Source of the DNA: an uncultured Acidobacteriaceae bacterium | GTDB taxonomy: Bacteria > Acidobacteriota > Terriglobia > Terriglobales > Acidobacteriaceae | NCBI GenBank assembly: GCA_963821115.1 | Contig: CAWGCH010000001.1 | Location: 27,485-91,484, forward strand | Direction: 5' to 3' | Length of the DNA stretch: 64,000 bases | Shown here: positions 21,209-29,522 of the stretch, in pieces | Position numbering within the stretch: position 1 is the first letter of the stretch | How the letters are laid out: each line of letters starts with the position of its first letter | Notes under the pieces: generated by a model | What the model was told of the DNA's origin: nothing | The model's database searches: none | What the model saw: the letters and a program-made list of their open reading frames with translations, nothing else | Made by a program: the position numbers and the translations under genes

Positions 21209-22315
21209 CTATCCCAAAGGCTGCACGGGCATACCGTCCACGAGGAACTGCGTGCTGGACACGATGACCTTGTCGCCGTTCTGCAGCCCGCTCAATACTG
21301 CATAATTGTTGCCCACGGGGTCGCCCAGTTTCACCGCAAGCTGATGAGCGAAGTATTTTCCGCCTTTATCCTGGGCAACATAAACGAAAGCCTGTCCGCC
21401 CAGGCGCGTGATTGAAAGCACGGGAATCAGGGGCATCTGGGTCGTGCTCCAGACCACGCGCGCCTTGACCAACTGGGCCGTTCGAATCAGAGCCTGTTCC
21501 GAATGCACGGGTGCCTTTACGAGTATCCCCTGCAACTGGTTGTCCACTTGCGGAGATATGAAATCGATCGCCGTATGCTCGATCAGCTGTTCGTTATTGT
21601 CGAGAATATCGACCGCCAGCCCCCGGCGTACTTCGGATGCGCGTTCCGTCGGGATATAGATGTAGGCCTCAAGGTCGCGGTTCTCATCCACAGTGGTGAG
21701 CAGTGTGCTCCCTGAGACATAGTCGCCCAGATGAACGGGAATGTCTCCGACAATGCCATCGAAGGGAGCGCGGATGTTGTAATAGCCAAGCTGCTTTTGC
21801 TGGGTGACCGTCGCGGCCACAGAAGATTGATAATCGGCTTTGGAGTTGGCATACGCCTGCTCGGCCTGATCCAACGCATCGCGGCTCGTGACTCCCGCAG
21901 CAAAGAGCTTGCGCTGGCGCGCAATTTCGGTCTGGTTGAATTGATAGACCGCCAGCTTCTGCTGTTCCGTTGCCGCCTGCGATTCTACAGTCGCCGTCTG
22001 CTTGGCCGGATCGATCTCCATTAGCGGCTGGTTCGCCTTAACGCGATCGCCGGAATGCACAAGGATCGCGGTCAGATTTCCGTCGACCTGAGGGTTAAGT
22101 GTCGCGGAGCGCCTGGATTTGATGGTGGCCACGTATTCGTCCGAACGTGGAACAGGCATGGACGACACGGTCAGCGTCTGAACCGGAAGCGCCTGGAATG
22201 AAGCCTGGGTCGCCGGCTTGGCCTGTCGGCAGGCCGTAATCGTCAGCGACAGGAGCAGTGGTAACAACGCGATGCAAATGCGAAACGGTCTCTTCAAAGG
22301 GAAATCCTTCATCAT
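21209..22315 (-). CDS. RND efflux periplasmic adaptor (MFP), lipoprotein
   Basis: Lipobox ITAC, lipoyl/hairpin motifs (PQVDG, IRAPFDGIVG) and SGLQNGDKVIV; directly upstream of the RND permease. Confidence 0.92.
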   Translation of the reverse strand: MMKDFPLKRPFRICIALLPLLLSLTITACRQAKPATQASFQALPVQTLTVSSMPVPRSDEYVATIKSRRSATLNPQVDGNLTAILVHSGDRVKANQPLMEIDPAKQTATVESQAATEQQKLAVYQFNQTEIARQRKLFAAGVTSRDALDQAEQAYANSKADYQSSVAATVTQQKQLGYYNIRAPFDGIVGDIPVHLGDYVSGSTLLTTVDENRDLEAYIYIPTERASEVRRGLAVDILDNNEQLIEHTAIDFISPQVDNQLQGILVKAPVHSEQALIRTAQLVKARVVWSTTQMPLIPVLSITRLGGQAFVYVAQDKGGKYFAHQLAVKLGDPVGNNYAVLSGLQNGDKVIVSSTQFLVDGMPVQPLG

Positions 22316-22812
22316 CCATTCCGGTGGTGCCGGCTTTGTAATGTTTTGCTGCGTTCGATGTTGCGGCGAGTGCGTTTCGGGGTTTATTCCGGAACTCAAG
22401 TCAATATACATAAGGAGTTGTTGCCGCCAAAGCCCTCGCGAACGTTAACCGTCTGTTCGCAGATGAGTCAGAAGGCAAATTTGCTTAACATTTGGACAAA
22501 CTAACTCTGGTCTTCTTGTGCCCGCCACCGCTGCTCTCGCAAACGCGGTGCATTTATTGATTCACGGTTGCGGCGAAGGCTTCACGAAATCTTCGCTGAA
22601 TGTTGAAATTAACCCTTCACCCCATCGGGCCGAACGGTCAGTATGGTTTATTGATCGCCAAGGATGCTTTCGGCGGTCAGCGACCCGACGCAATGAGATA
22701 CGAAATCTTGTCTTAAGGTGTTCCATTTGGGGGCAGGTTGTGCTCACTGAGAAGCCGCGAAAATCAACACCGCACTCCGCAAATTTGAGCCTGCGGCTTG
22801 CCGGCTGCATTT

Positions 22813-22841
22813 TTGACACATCAGGTGCTTATTGATACATT
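22813..22841 (+). promoter_or_regulatory. Sigma70-type promoter of tRNA-Glu
   Basis: TTGACA-17 bp-TACATT, about 50 bp upstream of the tRNA. Confidence 0.7.
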
Positions 22842-22891
22842 CAGTATGGCTTTTGCTGTTTGGCTGCACATTTGCCCTGTGCCCAATTTAC

Positions 22892-22969
22892 GTCCCCGTC
22901 GTCTAGCCCGGCCTAGGACACCGCCCTTTCACGGCGATAACACGGGTTCAAATCCCGTCGGGGACGCCA
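22892..22969 (+). tRNA. tRNA-Glu (anticodon TTC)
   Basis: Acceptor stem GTCCCCG/CGGGGAC, anticodon loop CTTTCAC, T arm ACGGG-TTCAAAT-CCCGT, encoded 3' CCA. Confidence 0.97.
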
Positions 22970-22970
22970 A
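22926..22970 (+). repeat. attL core (tRNA-Glu 3' half)
   Basis: CTTTCACGGCGATAACACGGGTTCAAATCCCGTCGGGGACGCCAA, 44/45 identical to 34883-34927. Confidence 0.93.
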
Positions 22971-23030
22971 ATCAAACCAACAACTTAGCGGGAATTTCCC
23001 CTTTTTGCCGCGGAGCATTTTGGGGAGCAT

Positions 23031-24308
23031 TTAAGCGGTGATTTCGGCCTCCAAACGGCGCCGTTGCGGCCGTACCATCTCCACCACCTTCTGTTGCGCT
23101 GCGCGTTTGGCCGAGGTCATGGCCTGAGCGTAGACGTCCATCGTGATGCGAGCGGACGCGTGCCGTAACAGTTCCTGAACCACTTTCACATCCTCGCCAT
23201 TGGCTTTGAGCAACGACGAATAGGTGCGCCGGAAAGTGTGCCACGAGACGCGCTTGTTGATGCCGAGCTTTTGGACCACCGGTTGAATGTGGTAACGCAT
23301 GATGGTCTGCAGCCAAAGGGGTTGTTTGCCCCGCTTGCTGCCGGCTCGGCTGCTGTTCGAAGCGAACACCCAATCCTCGGAATTGCGATAGGGCGTTTGC
23401 CTGTACCACTCTCGGAGATCCTGCGCCGTGTACTCGTCGAGGGGAACCGGTCGTTTCGATGCCTCCGTCTTACAGGGGCCGACGACCTGATAAACCACCG
23501 ACTTGTTGACATCGATCAGCAGGTTTCCAAAATCGATGTCTTTCCATTGCAGGCCGGCCAACTCCCCTTGGCGCAGGCCAGTAGCCATTGCCAGGAATAG
23601 AAGCAGACGTTCGCGCAGTTGGAGGCGGCCAAGGATTCTCTGGAACTCCTCGACGTCCAGGATGTCCGGAATGCTTTGCCGCTTTGAACTTTGCCGAACC
23701 CCCGCGCCCTTGTTTGGCCCCGAGATGGGATTCTGGTCCGTGAATCCCCAACGGATGGCGTGGTTGAAAAGTACACTCATCAGCCCGCGTATCCGAGCCT
23801 TACTCGCGGGAGAAAGGGGCAGCATCTGCATTTCGGGCTTTGGCTTGGCAGCCCGAGCCCTCTTCTTTTGCCGCCAGGTGTTGTCGAACCGGAGGTCTTG
23901 CAGCCACTCTTCCACGACCGGAGCTTTGACAGAACCAAGTTCTTCCCGGCCCCACCTTGGCGCTATCCACCGGTTGAGATAGCTCTCGTACCGGTGACGG
24001 GTCGACCAGGCACGGCGGCTTTCGCCCTTACCTGCGAGTTCCTTTACCCGAAAATGTTCGATCACATCACCCACCGTGATTCCACTGAATGCATGTACCT
24101 GATTGGAATTGATGGCCAGTCTCCAACTTCGGACTGCGCGCTCTGCGGCAGCCTCCGTTTTGTACTGGTCGAGTGTGCCAAGCTGTCTCTTTCGGCGAAC
24201 GCGCTTTCCTGTGGGCAGGATGTGCTGCCAGCTGAACATCCAAACAGGAGTTCTGCTTCCGTTTCGGTCGAGGTAGAGAGAGCCGTTTTGCCTCCGCGCC
24301 TTCCTCAT
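23031..24308 (-). CDS. Tyrosine recombinase / phage-type integrase
   Basis: Catalytic TGLRQGE (R), KTEASKR (K), HTFRR (HxxR), LLRHA (H) and TMDVYAQ (Y); N-terminal arm-binding-like region; GGAGG RBS. Confidence 0.95.
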   Translation of the reverse strand: MRKARRQNGSLYLDRNGSRTPVWMFSWQHILPTGKRVRRKRQLGTLDQYKTEAAAERAVRSWRLAINSNQVHAFSGITVGDVIEHFRVKELAGKGESRRAWSTRHRYESYLNRWIAPRWGREELGSVKAPVVEEWLQDLRFDNTWRQKKRARAAKPKPEMQMLPLSPASKARIRGLMSVLFNHAIRWGFTDQNPISGPNKGAGVRQSSKRQSIPDILDVEEFQRILGRLQLRERLLLFLAMATGLRQGELAGLQWKDIDFGNLLIDVNKSVVYQVVGPCKTEASKRPVPLDEYTAQDLREWYRQTPYRNSEDWVFASNSSRAGSKRGKQPLWLQTIMRYHIQPVVQKLGINKRVSWHTFRRTYSSLLKANGEDVKVVQELLRHASARITMDVYAQAMTSAKRAAQQKVVEMVRPQRRRLEAEITA

Positions 24309-24384
24309 GAATTCCTCCTTTCGCTGAGGGCGCGGAATGCATCGGTAATTCTCACTTTACTGCCGAAATGCGCCCGCCGGAAGA

Positions 24385-24657
24385 TCAATGGTCTGCGGAA
24401 AAGTGGTCCTCTCTGTTCCGAGAACGCAGCCAATCGGCGAGTTCAGAACGAAGGAATCGCCAGTGCTTTCTCTTCCCGCCTGCGACAGGGTGTGCCGGGA
24501 TCAGCCCCTCGCGTGCAAATCGCTGTACTGTCGCGGGGTGGAGTTCGAGGAAATCTCCAGCTTCAGAGGCGTTCACGAAAACTTCCACGCTACCCAAGGC
24601 GTCTGCGGCCGACAGGCGTTGTCGTTCGTTGGTGTTGAATATGACGGTATTCGACAT
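24385..24657 (-). CDS. Excisionase-like HTH DNA-binding protein
   Basis: NASEAGDFLELHPATVQRFAREGLIPA...WRFLRSELADWL (HTH_17-like); GGAGAG RBS before the ATG at 24657; adjacent to the integrase. Confidence 0.85.
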   Translation of the reverse strand: MSNTVIFNTNERQRLSAADALGSVEVFVNASEAGDFLELHPATVQRFAREGLIPAHPVAGGKRKHWRFLRSELADWLRSRNREDHFSADH

Positions 24658-24960
24658 AGAACTCTCTCCGAAAGCGGTTTGTTGGGCCTGAGCCCGGCTC
24701 GTTGGCGGTGGATCGCAGTCACGAGCACGACCCGGCGGAGATGGCCACCTGATCGGGTGCAAGTGCGCATCGTCCGACAGGTAGGTCCGCCCGATGTATG
24801 TGTAAGACAGCTCCCAAACTCGGTCAAATGGACCGCCCGCGAGGTCGAACGAGTATCGCCCACGCAATTCAGCGTTGCGCAGCAGGGAGGAGTTCCACTG
24901 TTGAGGCAGTGGGGAACGGTGGTACAAAGAGATCAACTAGCGCGCTGCGAGGCTGCGGTA

Positions 24961-25260
24961 ATGAGCAATGAGTTCGACATGGAATCCGAATGGATCACCG
25001 AGCTAGGAAAGGCGCGCAGCGACGAATATACGGAGAAGATTCTTGCCTTCGTTCAGGAACTGGAAAAGTCGGCCCCTGAACCCTTTCTGCCTCTGCTGAC
25101 GGATCTTGCCTTGGCACGCGCTTTGATCGTGCACCTGGTCATCCGCTACGGACCGGAACGAGGGATGGCTGAGGCGCGGGACGCTTTCGAAAGCACGCTC
25201 GGACAGATGAAACCGCTGCTCGAAAGAATGAAATCTCGCAAAGGACCTCCTCCCCAATGA
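24961..25260 (+). CDS. Hypothetical helical protein (99 aa)
   Basis: Protein-like composition from MSNEFDMESEW; ATGA overlap with the next gene. Confidence 0.6.
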   Translation: MSNEFDMESEWITELGKARSDEYTEKILAFVQELEKSAPEPFLPLLTDLALARALIVHLVIRYGPERGMAEARDAFESTLGQMKPLLERMKSRKGPPPQ

Positions 25261-25619
25261 AGAAACCCATTCCCTCAATCCTCCTGCTCACGGCGTTTAG
25301 CCTTTTTGTATGGCAGTTAACCGCATGCAAGCGCACGCCGGCTCCGCCCACGGTCCAAGATGCGATAGCAGTTTGGAGAGATACACACGCCAACCCTCAC
25401 TTGAGTGACTTGATTAGTCTCAAGAAGACAAACGGCCAAATGCAGAATTCAAACGGATCCTACGTCTATATTCTCTACTATCAAGCAGTTGAGAAAAGCG
25501 TCGTCCGACTCGGCAACTCGCCGCCGGGGACAGTCGATGAATATCAAGGCAATTATCCGTTTCAGTGGACGGAAAAAGGCTGGATGGGGCCCGACAACCA
25601 CGTTTACCCAGTGCATTGA
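25257..25619 (+). CDS. Small lipoprotein of unknown function
   Basis: MKK + hydrophobic stretch + lipobox LTA-C. Confidence 0.7.
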   Translation: MKKPIPSILLLTAFSLFVWQLTACKRTPAPPTVQDAIAVWRDTHANPHLSDLISLKKTNGQMQNSNGSYVYILYYQAVEKSVVRLGNSPPGTVDEYQGNYPFQWTEKGWMGPDNHVYPVH

Positions 25620-25636
25620 GGCCGTGTCGCCGCTGA

Positions 25637-26668
25637 TTGCCGTTTGACCGAAATCCGAACCTCTCCTACGCTCTCTTTGCGAAAGCGATCCTCGGGAGGT
25701 CGGAGCGGATGTTTGCGTCGCCATCAGAGACCCTCGCTGGGCTGGACAGCGTAGGCTACTTCACCGACATCATGACGGCGACTGCCGTTTACCTGGCAGG
25801 CCGGATCTGTCGGCCCGTTCTGCTCGAAGGACCTGCCGGCGCGGGCAAGACGGAACTAGCACAATCGACGGCACGCGCGCTGCGCATACCGCTGCTGCGA
25901 CTGCAGTGCTACCAGGGAATCGACGAAGAGAAGGCCATCGGGCAGTATGACAGGAGTCTGCAGGAACTCTATGTCCTGTTGATGAGCAGAAGCACCCAGA
26001 CACTCGATTGGGCGCAGATCAAGCGCGAGATCACGAGCCGGGCCTATTTCATGGCAGGCCCCCTGCTCGAAGCGATCGAACAGGAAGAACCCTGCGTTCT
26101 GCTCATCGACGAAATTGACAAAGTTGATTATGCCTTCGAGGCAATGCTGCTCGAACTCCTCTCCGTGTGGACATTGTCGATTCCGAGAATGGGCACCGTT
26201 CGCGCGACCTCCATCCCGTGTGTTTTTCTTACCTCTAATCAGGAACGCAGGCTTGGCGATCCACTTCGCCGACGATGCTTCTACCTCGTTGTAGAACACC
26301 CAAACGCGGAGCGTGAAGCCGCAATCGTGGCAAGCCGTACGCCCCACGCGGACGCGGCGACTCATCGATTCATTGCCGGACTGGCCAGAAGCCTGCGGGC
26401 TTACACGCTCGAGAAGCCACCCTCGATCTCCGAGATGAACGACGTGGCGATGGCGATGGAGTTACTGGGAATCGACCGGATCCTACCTGCGCACAAGGAA
26501 ATCATGTTGCCCCTGATAGCCAAGACAGAGGGCGACCGAAAGCGCCTGCTCATGAAGGAGGCATTCGAGTCCATCGTCCGCATGGCCGCGAAATACGCCG
26601 AACAGATCATGGAAGGCGATGCGGGTGAGGACCGGTTGGCTCCTGTGGTAAGCGAGGTGGGCCAATGA
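25637..26668 (+). CDS. MoxR-family (CoxD-like) AAA+ ATPase
   Basis: Walker A LLEGPAGAGKT, RLQCYQG, Walker B LLIDEIDK, sensor/arginine finger TSNQERRLGDPLRRRC, and KPPSISE. Confidence 0.9.
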   Translation: MPFDRNPNLSYALFAKAILGRSERMFASPSETLAGLDSVGYFTDIMTATAVYLAGRICRPVLLEGPAGAGKTELAQSTARALRIPLLRLQCYQGIDEEKAIGQYDRSLQELYVLLMSRSTQTLDWAQIKREITSRAYFMAGPLLEAIEQEEPCVLLIDEIDKVDYAFEAMLLELLSVWTLSIPRMGTVRATSIPCVFLTSNQERRLGDPLRRRCFYLVVEHPNAEREAAIVASRTPHADAATHRFIAGLARSLRAYTLEKPPSISEMNDVAMAMELLGIDRILPAHKEIMLPLIAKTEGDRKRLLMKEAFESIVRMAAKYAEQIMEGDAGEDRLAPVVSEVGQ

Positions 26669-27171
26669 TGAGAATCTCGCACCGTTACGTGATTGTGGCT
26701 GTCTGCTTCGCCGTCGCAGTGCTCCCGACCGCGGGCGCGCAAGATCAGGAAACTACGTATTACGCGAACGCTTACGCGGACCATTACGGCGTCCCGCGCG
26801 CGCTCGTTGACGCCATTATTGAGCAGGAATCGGACTGGAATCCTCTTGCGCAGTCGGTGAAAGATGCCGAGGGTCTGATGCAGCTCATGCCGGCCACCGC
26901 CGCCATGTACGGTGTCCGCAATCGGTACGACATCCTGGAAAACCTGAGCGGCGGGGTTCGGTATCTGGCCGATCTGCTCAGCGAATTCCACGGCGACATG
27001 CGGCTCGCCGTGGCGGCCTACTACTGTGGGTCCCGGCACATTCTTCAGCGAGGACTCTCCTACAGAAACCGCGATGTCGTGGCCTATGTGCAATCCGTGC
27101 GTCGCCGCTACCAGCGCAACCTACTCAATCAGACAGGACAGCAGGCTTCCGGACTAGAAGGAGAAAACTGA
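26665..27171 (+). CDS. Lytic transglycosylase (SLT, VirB1-like)
   Basis: AIIEQES, AEGLMQLMPATA, GVRYL and AVAAYY motifs; signal peptide. Confidence 0.92.
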   Translation: MMRISHRYVIVAVCFAVAVLPTAGAQDQETTYYANAYADHYGVPRALVDAIIEQESDWNPLAQSVKDAEGLMQLMPATAAMYGVRNRYDILENLSGGVRYLADLLSEFHGDMRLAVAAYYCGSRHILQRGLSYRNRDVVAYVQSVRRRYQRNLLNQTGQQASGLEGEN

Positions 27172-27172
27172 C

Positions 27173-28141
27173 ATGAATATCCGTCGCCTCGGCATCGTCG
27201 CTTTCATCACCGTTGCGTTAGCAGCGGGTACTGCCTGTGCGCAGCAGACAAATCAGGTTGGGGGCGGCGCACAGCAGGTCGATCCCGCAATCGTCGATCT
27301 GCCGATCTCCGCCAGCACGGTGACCGACGTACACCTGCACCCGTTTTTTACGACCACCATTCGCCTGCCCGATGCGGTAACGTCCGTCGCGGTGGGAGCG
27401 CCAACCCTTTTCAAGGTCGAGCATTCAGCGGACAGTCCGCAGCTCGTTTTTATTAAGCCGACTACTGCTGCGATCGCAACCAGCAATCTGATCATCTCCC
27501 TTCAGTCAGGGCAGGAGATCAGCTTGCGCCTGCTGTCGGAAGGTGCAAACAGCAAGATCCCGGTTGACTTCGTTGTGAACTATGAGCCGAGACAGAGTTT
27601 TCTGATCGGATCGACAGATGAAGTCGGCGCGAGTTCCGCGACCGATCCCGGTCCGGCGGCCAAACCCTCGGCGATCGACCTGGCGCTCAAACAGCAGTCC
27701 CAGGTTGCAAGCCCGGATTGGTCAACCGGCAACAGCAAGAATGCAGGGGATTCCGATCGAACTGACCTCGGAAAGCCGATCCTTGGTGCTCTGGGAACGG
27801 TCCAGGAGCAGGGACAGGTTATGCTGGCCGCCTATTCGATTGAGAACGCGTCCGATCACTGGATCGAAGTGCTTCCGCCACAGGTCGAGCTCAGAGGCCC
27901 AAACCTCGATGCAAGAAAGAAGAAGAGAAAAGATCAGGTTCTGGCTGACGAGGTACCCGTGGCCGGATATCGACTCACTGCTCGCCGTCTCGCTCCCGGA
28001 GAACGGGCGGACGGCGCCGTGGAGTTTTCGCGGCCGAGCTTTAAGCAGAGCGCGGACCATCTGGTTTTGGAACTCGGCACGGCCAGCGCTGTGGATCACC
28101 CGCTGCTACTCCAGTTGCCCTTCGTCGCTCCCGGACAGTGA
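27173..28141 (+). CDS. Secreted VirB9/TrbG-like T4SS core component
   Basis: Signal peptide; VHLHPFFTTTIRLP..V..G....VFIKP...SNLII beta-sandwich pattern; lies between the SLT and VirB10-like genes. Confidence 0.55.
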   Translation: MNIRRLGIVAFITVALAAGTACAQQTNQVGGGAQQVDPAIVDLPISASTVTDVHLHPFFTTTIRLPDAVTSVAVGAPTLFKVEHSADSPQLVFIKPTTAAIATSNLIISLQSGQEISLRLLSEGANSKIPVDFVVNYEPRQSFLIGSTDEVGASSATDPGPAAKPSAIDLALKQQSQVASPDWSTGNSKNAGDSDRTDLGKPILGALGTVQEQGQVMLAAYSIENASDHWIEVLPPQVELRGPNLDARKKKRKDQVLADEVPVAGYRLTARRLAPGERADGAVEFSRPSFKQSADHLVLELGTASAVDHPLLLQLPFVAPGQ

Positions 28142-28174
28142 AAGAAGAAATCAGTTCAAGAAATGAGGTGAACC

Positions 28175-29464
28175 ATGGGTCAGGCAGAGACAGTGCAGAT
28201 GGATGAAGCGGTCCAGAGGGTAGACCCCGGAACGGCTTCCGCTGAGGAAAAGGAGGCGCCGCTCGGATCGGTAACCAAACGGCCATTTGTGCTTAAGAAG
28301 AGCCGTGGTTCAGGCGGCGGCAATTTGGCAACGATGCTGATTGTCCTCGGGGCGATCGCTGTCCTTGGAATTGCGATGGTTGCGTTCCTTTCGACCAAGG
28401 GAACGCTCAAGGGGAGACTGCCGGCACAAGCCAGCAAGCCTAATCTCGGACAGTCGCAAACCGCGGGTCCGGGCGGAAATTTGCTGCCGAACAACGAGGT
28501 CAAACCGACTCCTAATGGTGCGCAGGAACCCGGCACCGTCGACGCTACCGATATCGAGCGGACAAAATCGCCCGAGAATCCGCAGGCCCTGTCCCAGGAA
28601 GGGTTCGGAGCAAACCCTTCCAACAATTCCAAAACTCTCGGAGAGGTGGGGAAATTCAATGAACCGAACACCGCTCCCAACGCTGAATCTCGATGGACGC
28701 CTCCGCCTTACGGAAGCAACTCCTCCGGGGATCAGCAGGCGGTGAAAAAGGCCGTGGATGCGCTGAATGCCCCATCACTCGTCTTCACAGCGCATGAACA
28801 GTCTACCCCCCATTCGGGAAGCATGAGCGCGATGGCGGCTCCTGACAATTTCGGTTTGGTCCCCGGCTATCATGTGGCGGCGTGCCTCGAATCCATGGCG
28901 ACAACAGCTGTACATGCACCTGTCGTCGCTGTGATCGAGTACAACTACGAGCGCGATGGAGAGATCATCATTCCGGCGGGAACCCGTGCCGTTGGCAAGA
29001 TTACGCAGGCAGATCCGTCAGGACTCGTGAATATCGAATTCTCCTCGCTGGAATACCCGGACGGCTCTTCTGTCCCGATAGATGCTGTTGCCGCAGACAT
29101 GAACCTTCAGGCCGTAAAGGGCAAAGTGACGGGGCGGCAACGCGGTAAGAACATGTTGGTTCGCTCCCTGTCGGGGATTGGCGAGACGGCGGCGATGATT
29201 GTAGGAGCGCCCAGCGTAAACAGCTCCTTCAGCGAAAACGACCTCTTGCGGATGCAGGTCGCGAACAATATCGGGAACGCCGGCGACGAGCAGATCATGC
29301 AAACGCTCACTCTGGAACACATCGTTGTCAGCGTTCCCGCCGGTACGGAGATCTACATTGTGTTTGAGAAGTCCGCCGGAGCGAGCATTCCAGGCTCAGA
29401 GAAGACACGGGTTCCGCACGACCGGAACGGTCTCAACCAATCGGACAATGCTGGGAACCAATGA
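28175..29464 (+). CDS. TrbI/VirB10-like T4SS scaffold protein
   Basis: Single N-terminal TM, long P/N/Q-rich linker, C-terminal GYHVAACLES...APVVAVIE...GEIIIPAGTRAVG...VPAGTEIYIVF. Confidence 0.8.
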   Translation: MGQAETVQMDEAVQRVDPGTASAEEKEAPLGSVTKRPFVLKKSRGSGGGNLATMLIVLGAIAVLGIAMVAFLSTKGTLKGRLPAQASKPNLGQSQTAGPGGNLLPNNEVKPTPNGAQEPGTVDATDIERTKSPENPQALSQEGFGANPSNNSKTLGEVGKFNEPNTAPNAESRWTPPPYGSNSSGDQQAVKKAVDALNAPSLVFTAHEQSTPHSGSMSAMAAPDNFGLVPGYHVAACLESMATTAVHAPVVAVIEYNYERDGEIIIPAGTRAVGKITQADPSGLVNIEFSSLEYPDGSSVPIDAVAADMNLQAVKGKVTGRQRGKNMLVRSLSGIGETAAMIVGAPSVNSSFSENDLLRMQVANNIGNAGDEQIMQTLTLEHIVVSVPAGTEIYIVFEKSAGASIPGSEKTRVPHDRNGLNQSDNAGNQ

Positions 29465-29522
29465 CGCAGCGAAGCAGCACCTTTGAAATCGAGGGCCGCT
29501 CCTTTCGTGGTGACGCTCCGGA

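Noticed and set aside
17976-22315. RND pump lacking an outer-membrane factor as a novelty
   Set aside because: MFP-RND pairs commonly use a TolC-type channel encoded elsewhere.
24388-24960. N-terminal extensions of ORFs 24388-25260 (+) and 24385-24936 (-)
   Set aside because: They overlap each other and the xis gene. Better starts are at 24961 (+) and 24657 (-, with RBS). Small hairpins in 24820-24917 could be an oriT or promoter but cannot be supported.
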